Assembly: GCA_050294405.1 (NCBI GenBank)
Contig: JBNKOC010000016.1
Span: 128,001-192,000 of the forward strand
DNA length: 64,000 nucleotides
Reading direction: 5' to 3'
From: Fibrobacteria bacterium
GTDB taxonomy: Bacteria; Fibrobacterota; Fibrobacteria; UBA11236; JADFYW01
Each line of letters begins with the position of its first letter. Position 1 is the stretch's first letter. A model generated the notes under the pieces. The model did no database searches. It saw only the letters and a list, made by a program, of their open reading frames with translations, and had not been told where the DNA came from. Positions 58,548 through 64,000 of the stretch are shown piece by piece. The translations under genes and the position numbers were made by a program.

Positions 58548-59114
58548 TTAATTCTCAAAAAGTCTTGAGAAAAACTCCAGGGGCTCTTCTGGAGTTTTTT
58601 TTTGGATGGCTTGTTCCGTCCATTGGCCAATGGGATTATAGCTGGCCAAATGCTGGGCCAAATGGCTATGCAAACATTTTACAGAATTAAAGTCTTCCAT
58701 GCCGCTGATACCCCGTTTTTCAAATACATTTTCTAACCCTAAAGTTTTTAAAATTTGCTTTTGTTCCGGGTTTATATGTTTTTCCCGCTCCCTCTGGTAT
58801 TGACGATGCGCCTTATTTAATGCCAAACGCAATGAATGGAATTCCTCAATTGCCTTTTCAATTTGAGTGATGTATCCATTTGATTCCAATAGGGAAACTT
58901 CATGTATATCTATAGGGTTGACTAACCAATATAATGTTGAAAATGGTTTGTTTCTTATAACGGCAGCACAACGGATAACCCTTGGCATTCCAGAATTGTC
59001 CCTTGCACAAACCTCTTCTACGCCCTCTATTTTTTTGGGCATAACCGAATAAATGTATTCCGTATCCTTACTGGAAATCTTGATAGGGTTTTTTGAATGA
59101 GATTTGTCTAACAT
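58548..59114 (-). CDS. DUF501 family protein
   Basis: G.P.VI, PFSTLYWL, VSLLESNG, GISG...VKCLH.HLA..LA..NPIG. Confidence 0.85.
   Translation of the reverse strand: MLDKSHSKNPIKISSKDTEYIYSVMPKKIEGVEEVCARDNSGMPRVIRCAAVIRNKPFSTLYWLVNPIDIHEVSLLESNGYITQIEKAIEEFHSLRLALNKAHRQYQREREKHINPEQKQILKTLGLENVFEKRGISGMEDFNSVKCLHSHLAQHLASYNPIGQWTEQAIQKKTPEEPLEFFSRLFEN
58571..58603 (+). terminator. Intrinsic terminator after slyD
   Basis: AAAACTCCAG-8-CTGGAGTTTT running into a T9 tract, overlapping the 3' end of the DUF501 gene. Confidence 0.65.
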
Positions 59115-59231
59115 AAACTGCCGATTAAATACAAATTAAGATTTTGGTTAAAAAAACCGCTACAAAGTCCATACATTCTGTTGACCGGGCCCTTTTTTAT
59201 AATAAATTAAAAGGGGGTTTGAGGGGATGCC

Positions 59232-60830
59232 ATGGTTATTTATTTTAGTACTTCTTTTCGCAAATTAGCCAAATTAGCTTATCTTCCTCTTTTTTCAATC
59301 GCCTTGCTCCAGGCTGAAGAAATGGAGATTAAAGAGTTTTCCATTATTGACGAAACTTTTTCCGCCCTTCACATTAATTTTGATTTTGAAGAAACAGAAA
59401 ATCACTTGTTGGCTGCCTACTATGACAAAGACCGGGTCATGTCCGTTGCTATGCGGGAAAAGGCCGGTGGAAATTGGGAAATTAAAAAGCTTCCTTCCAC
59501 GGTGGGATGGGATTCCCATAACTATGTAGACTTGGCAGTGGATAAAGATGGTTTTATCCATGTGAGCGGGAATATGCACAACGTTTCCCTGATTTATTTT
59601 CGCAGCCGAAACTCTATGGATATATCCGACTTTGAAACTCCCGGCATGGTGGGTAACCGGGAAAACAGCGTTACCTATCCCATATTTATAAAAATGCCGG
59701 ACTCCTCTCTTATATTCCAATACAGGGATGGGGGCAGCGGAAATGGGAGCACCATTTGGAATAAATACGATACTGGGCAAAAAAGATGGACCAGGTTAAC
59801 TGAGTCTGGTTTTTTTGATGGGTTAGGCCAGGTTAATGCTTATCACAGTGCGCCCCTGTTGGGTCCAGATGACTTTTTTCACCTTGCCTGGATGTGGCGG
59901 GAAACGCCTGTGGCCAATACCAACTTTAATTTGTCCTACATTCGAAGCCCGGATCTTTTGAACTGGGAGGCAGCCAATGGAACTGCTGTTAACATTCCCA
60001 TAAATCCCAATGTATCCGTAGTGGTGGCCGATGGAGTCGGACCCGGTAACGGCCTTATTAACATGTCTTTTGGAGTTGGGTTTGATGGGGAAAATAGGCC
60101 TATTTTGTACTATCACAAATACGATGGAAATGGAGTCAGCCAGCTCTATAATACCCGTTATGAAAACGGCAACTGGAGCATACATCAAAGTTCCAGCTGG
60201 AATAGCTATAAATGGGACTTGGACCGACAAGGTTCACTGGCTTTGGATGTTGGGGCTGAACAACCCTATCTGGATGAAGATGGAAACCTGTTGCAAAATT
60301 ATTTTCACAGACAATTTGGAGAAGGCCTTTGGAAACTCAATCCCGAAACTTTAAAGGGAGAAAATTGGGAACCCCCTGCTTCTGAATTATTGGACTCTCT
60401 TAAAGAAATTCAGTCTTCATTCCCCAATATGGAACTGCATTGGCACAAGCATGGAAACTATTACATGCGCTGGGAAACATTGCCTATAAATCAAGACCAA
60501 GCATATAATCCACCTTACCCGGAGCCCAGCCCAATTGTATTGTATGAATTTGGAGCAGTTTCTGTTTCCAATAAAAAGAAAACCGCTGAATTAAATAACT
60601 GGGAAGTTAACTGCGCAGAGAATGGCCTCTTTGCTAAAAGTCCTTTTTCAAGCGAAAGTTTGGAATTGCAACTACGGGATATAGGTGGAAAAGTTTTACA
60701 CTCTCAGAATATTTCTAATGGCAGTTGGGTGCAAATTCCCAAGGGAAAATTGCTAGCGGGCATAAATTTTATTCAAATTTCAGATAGGAAAAACAACAGC
60801 AGCATTACTTTGAAATGGCCAGGGATATAA
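59232..60830 (+). CDS. Secreted BNR-4 repeat beta-propeller protein (possible polysaccharide lyase) with T9SS-like CTD
   Basis: WDSHNY..AVDKDGFIHVSGNMH, TYP.F, YRDGGSGNG, HLAWMWR, LSYIRS.D. Confidence 0.72.
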   Translation: MVIYFSTSFRKLAKLAYLPLFSIALLQAEEMEIKEFSIIDETFSALHINFDFEETENHLLAAYYDKDRVMSVAMREKAGGNWEIKKLPSTVGWDSHNYVDLAVDKDGFIHVSGNMHNVSLIYFRSRNSMDISDFETPGMVGNRENSVTYPIFIKMPDSSLIFQYRDGGSGNGSTIWNKYDTGQKRWTRLTESGFFDGLGQVNAYHSAPLLGPDDFFHLAWMWRETPVANTNFNLSYIRSPDLLNWEAANGTAVNIPINPNVSVVVADGVGPGNGLINMSFGVGFDGENRPILYYHKYDGNGVSQLYNTRYENGNWSIHQSSSWNSYKWDLDRQGSLALDVGAEQPYLDEDGNLLQNYFHRQFGEGLWKLNPETLKGENWEPPASELLDSLKEIQSSFPNMELHWHKHGNYYMRWETLPINQDQAYNPPYPEPSPIVLYEFGAVSVSNKKKTAELNNWEVNCAENGLFAKSPFSSESLELQLRDIGGKVLHSQNISNGSWVQIPKGKLLAGINFIQISDRKNNSSITLKWPGI

Positions 60831-60873
60831 TTTTTTTTACCTTGATGGTTTTGAAAACTTAAGGGAGGAAAAA

Positions 60874-61341
60874 ATGAATCGCATCCAGTCAATTAAAATT
60901 CTTATGCTAGCTTTTATGGCACTTGGATTTGTGCTGCCTCAACAATTAGCTGCCCACTGCCAAATACCCTGTGGAATTTATGATGACCATGCCAGAGTGC
61001 AATCCATGTTGGAAGATGCAGCTACTGTTTCCAAAGCCTATGCCACACTTGCAGAGTTAAAAGGCAAAACAGACCTTCAATCTCAGAACCAATTGGTTCG
61101 TTGGGTCCAAAACAAGGAAATCCATGCTCAAAAAATCATTTCCACCATATCCGATTATTTCCTTACCCAAAGGGTAAAAACAGATATGAAAGATTATGGA
61201 GAAAGATTGGCTAAGCATCATGCTGTTATTTTAGCGGCCATGAAGGCCAAGCAAAATAGCGAAGCCAAATACGGAAAAGCCCTGGAAGATGCCATAAAGG
61301 CCATTTCTGGTTATTATCCGCCTCATGAACACAAAAAATAA
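60874..61341 (+). CDS. sodN: Nickel superoxide dismutase
   Basis: Ni-hook HCQIPCGIYD after a hydrophobic leader; NQLVRWV.NKE.HA, DYFLTQRVK. Confidence 0.92.
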   Translation: MNRIQSIKILMLAFMALGFVLPQQLAAHCQIPCGIYDDHARVQSMLEDAATVSKAYATLAELKGKTDLQSQNQLVRWVQNKEIHAQKIISTISDYFLTQRVKTDMKDYGERLAKHHAVILAAMKAKQNSEAKYGKALEDAIKAISGYYPPHEHKK

Positions 61342-61349
61342 AGTTCTAT

Positions 61350-61387
61350 GCTAAAAGAAGGGTTCATCTCTTCTTTTAGCCATTTTT
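61350..61387 (+). terminator. Intrinsic terminator after sodN
   Basis: GCTAAAAGAAG-9-CTTCTTTTAGC followed by CATTTTT. Confidence 0.65.
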
Positions 61388-61452
61388 AGCGAACAGTTTA
61401 GGTCAATATTTCCACCAATTATGTGGGAGTTTTGCCGCTTCCCTCAGCCATT

Positions 61453-62109
61453 ATGAAAAACAAAGTACAATACTTATTTCCCGTGGTTTTAGGCCTTCTG
61501 ACTCTGAATACGGGCTGCATTAAGGATTCTCCCACAGATTCCAATTCCCAAAACGGCACTAAAAATTATTCATACCATATTGATGATTTTGAAGACGGTG
61601 ACCGGTTCAACAGCTATAACGGTTATTGGTTCACCTATAACGATAAGGAATTAGGGGGGAGTTCCCAGGTAATCCCCATAAATTTTCAGCCTTCCAACGG
61701 TTCTGCCGAGGGGGGCGAAAAATGCGCCCGCATTACAGGCCAGGTCACTACAACCTATTCCAAAGGCTACGTTGGATTGGGAACCCATTTGTCCCAAACA
61801 GAATCTGCTGTGAATTTGGCTGCCTACCAACATATTGGCTTTTGGGCTAAGGGCGATGGCAAAAATTATCGGTTTAAAATAAAATCTTCTGCCACCCCGG
61901 ATCAGGATGATTTCGGATACAGTTTTGTAAGCTCTTCAAACTGGACCTATTATCAAATTTCTTTTTCCGAATTGAGCCAGGAAGGCTGGGGGGACAAAGT
62001 TGAATTAAACACGGCTTTAAAAGCTGTTCTTAGTTTGAATTGGCAAAGTTTAGGACAACCCCATAGCAACATCGAGTTGTCCATTGATAATATAGGCCTT
62101 ATTAAATAA
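61453..62109 (+). CDS. CIA30/CBM11-like carbohydrate-binding lipoprotein
   Basis: Lipobox LNTGC; IDDFEDGD..GYWFTYND..GGSS, GFWAKGDGK.Y, F.ELSQEGWG; start at MKNKV inferred. Confidence 0.72.
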   Translation: MKNKVQYLFPVVLGLLTLNTGCIKDSPTDSNSQNGTKNYSYHIDDFEDGDRFNSYNGYWFTYNDKELGGSSQVIPINFQPSNGSAEGGEKCARITGQVTTTYSKGYVGLGTHLSQTESAVNLAAYQHIGFWAKGDGKNYRFKIKSSATPDQDDFGYSFVSSSNWTYYQISFSELSQEGWGDKVELNTALKAVLSLNWQSLGQPHSNIELSIDNIGLIK

Positions 62110-64000
62110 ATGGCTCGCCAAATTGTAATTGTTGCAGCCCTGATTTTTGCCCTATGCCCCTTTGTTGTTTTTTCTAAGGAAAAGCCCAAAGATAAAATCG
62201 CTCAACTGGATAGCCTTCAGAGTTTATGGAGCTTTTACAAATTCAATTACATTGAATCCGGAAAAGTTATTAGCCGCGATGAGAAAGGAATAACTACCTC
62301 GGAAGGTCAGAGTTATGCCATGCTAAGAGCTGTGTGGGCTGATGATAGGGATGTATTTGATAGTGTATGGGTCTGGACTAAAACGAATTTAAAACGGCAG
62401 GAAGATCACTTATTCGCCTGGAAATATAAAGGTAAAATATTAGACCCAAATTCCGCTTCGGATGCGGACGTAGATATAGCTCTTGCCCTGGTTTTGGCTG
62501 CCAGAAAATTTGATGACGCTAAATATTTAGAGGATGCAAGGCCCTTATTAAAAGATATATGGGAAAAGGAAGTTATTCCCGTAGGGGATAATTTTATTTT
62601 GGTCGGAGGAAACTGGGCGAAGGATGAAAAATTCCCCACTATACATACCGGCTACCTTGCTCCCTATGCCTACCAGGAGTTTTCAAAGGTGGATGGTTCC
62701 AGGCCCTGGGAAAAATTGGTAGACGGAAGTTATATGTTATGGAACTGGATTTTTGAAAGCGAAAAATTATCCGTTCCACCCATAAAAGTTTATTTAAATG
62801 TGGACTCCGGGAGCTTCCAGCTAAAGCCTCCAGATATTGTTAAAAAGAATTTTTGGGGCCGCAGCAAAGTTATTTCTAAAAAACCCCATAATTTTGGCTA
62901 TGATGCTTATCCCATGTATTGGAGAGCGGCTGTGGATGCCAAGTGGAATCATAGAGACCAGGCTCCTCTGCGAAAAAAAATGTTGGCTTTTTTCAAGGAA
63001 GAGTGGAAGAGCCGCAAACGCATATTGGACAACTACAATTTAGAAGGAAAGGCTTTATCTAAATTAGAGGGGCTTCCCCTTTATGCAACGCTTCACAGTT
63101 TAGCTTTAATAGAAGACGTTGAATTTGCCAGGGATTTGGAGACATATGTATTAGATAGTTTATTTCAAAAAGCATTAATTGGCCAGCAAACTCCATATTA
63201 CCTTCACAATTGGATTTGGTTTTCCAAAGCTTTTGAATTACAAAAAGTTAGGCATTTTAATGAGTTTCTCGCCTTTTTGTACCCCTTTGATGTAAAGGGC
63301 TTTTTAAACCATTTTCCTGTATTTCTTTTTTGGTTATCTTTTATTTTATTTTTCCTCCAAAAATACGTTTCCTTTCCCTATGCCCGCTACTTCCATATGG
63401 CCTTTTTGGTTTGCGCTTTTTTGGTATGTTTGCGGTATATGCTTTGGAGGTTGTTTTCCAGTTTAAACTTTATAGAAACATTTGGCCCTCTAATTAGTAT
63501 TGGGTTATGGATAGCTGAGTTTTATTGTTTTACCACGGTAATATTTTTGTTAGTGCAAGTGGGGTTTAAAAATAATTTTAGACGACAAAAACCAAAGACT
63601 CAAAATTATTTTCCTTCTGTGGATATTTTTATCCCCATTTACTCGGAGCCCCTGGATATTCTGGAAAAGACAGTGGTGGCAGCCCTAAACATGGATTATC
63701 CCAATAAAACAGTTTATGTATGTGATGACAGCCATAAGGATGAAGTACGGGAGCTTACGCAAAAATTGGGAGCTGTGTATATTAAGGGACCTAAAAAACA
63801 TGCCAAAGCGGGTAACCTTAATAACGCCATGACTAAAAGTCAGGGAGAGCTTATTGTGGTGTTTGATACGGACCATATTCCCTTAAATAATTTTTTAAAA
63901 GAAACCGTAGCTCATTTTTCAAATGAAAAATTAGGGATTCTGCAAACTCCTCACCATTTTTTTAACCAGGATATTTTTCAACGTTGCTTAAAACTGCCGG
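62110..64000 (+). CDS. GH8 endoglucanase-cellulose synthase (BcsA-like GT2) fusion, 3' truncated by window edge
   Basis: Manually translated uninterrupted frame from ATG 62110: signal peptide, GH8 TSEGQSYAM and NSASDAD, TM helices, RYMLWRL, SVDIFIPIYSE, CDDS, HAKAGNLN, FDTDH, QTPH. Not in ORF track. Confidence 0.88.
   Translation, partial: MARQIVIVAALIFALCPFVVFSKEKPKDKIAQLDSLQSLWSFYKFNYIESGKVISRDEKGITTSEGQSYAMLRAVWADDRDVFDSVWVWTKTNLKRQEDHLFAWKYKGKILDPNSASDADVDIALALVLAARKFDDAKYLEDARPLLKDIWEKEVIPVGDNFILVGGNWAKDEKFPTIHTGYLAPYAYQEFSKVDGSRPWEKLVDGSYMLWNWIFESEKLSVPPIKVYLNVDSGSFQLKPPDIVKKNFWGRSKVISKKPHNFGYDAYPMYWRAAVDAKWNHRDQAPLRKKMLAFFKEEWKSRKRILDNYNLEGKALSKLEGLPLYATLHSLALIEDVEFARDLETYVLDSLFQKALIGQQTPYYLHNWIWFSKAFELQKVRHFNEFLAFLYPFDVKGFLNHFPVFLFWLSFILFFLQKYVSFPYARYFHMAFLVCAFLVCLRYMLWRLFSSLNFIETFGPLISIGLWIAEFYCFTTVIFLLVQVGFKNNFRRQKPKTQNYFPSVDIFIPIYSEPLDILEKTVVAALNMDYPNKTVYVCDDSHKDEVRELTQKLGAVYIKGPKKHAKAGNLNNAMTKSQGELIVVFDTDHIPLNNFLKETVAHFSNEKLGILQTPHHFFNQDIFQRCLKLP

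Overview
AT-rich bacterial chromosomal segment, most likely from a Fibrobacterota-like organism (FISUMP/Fib_succ_major lipoprotein, secreted enzymes with T9SS-like C-terminal domains, spoVG, rpsF-rpsR-DUF2232-rplI). Bases 1-25.4 kb are mostly housekeeping: a FecR-domain/OM protein, PBP1A, tRNA-Ser, glnS, gltX, a WYL regulator, an LRR protein, ribosomal genes, dapB, an ABC-ATPase, a sigma54-driven spoVG pair and comM. Bases 25.5-33.7 kb are accessory: a Tat dioxygenase, two esterases, a degenerate direct repeat and a cytochrome c/DUF3570/DUF4266 module. Bases 33.8-54.6 kb look like a phosphate-starvation and membrane-remodelling island: phosphatase-phytase fusion, mannosylfructose/sucrose genes, olsBA-like genes, a GH/PHP-GT4/radical SAM/GT cluster and sixA-ppk1-ppx. 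Five of its intergenic regions carry a shared 11-bp-period direct repeat (TTTGAAACA-like), a candidate Pho box. The right end holds slyD, DUF501, a BNR protein, NiSOD and a GH8-cellulose synthase fusion. That fusion and the leftmost gene run off the window and are absent from the ORF track. All product calls come from motif recognition by eye; no database searches were run.
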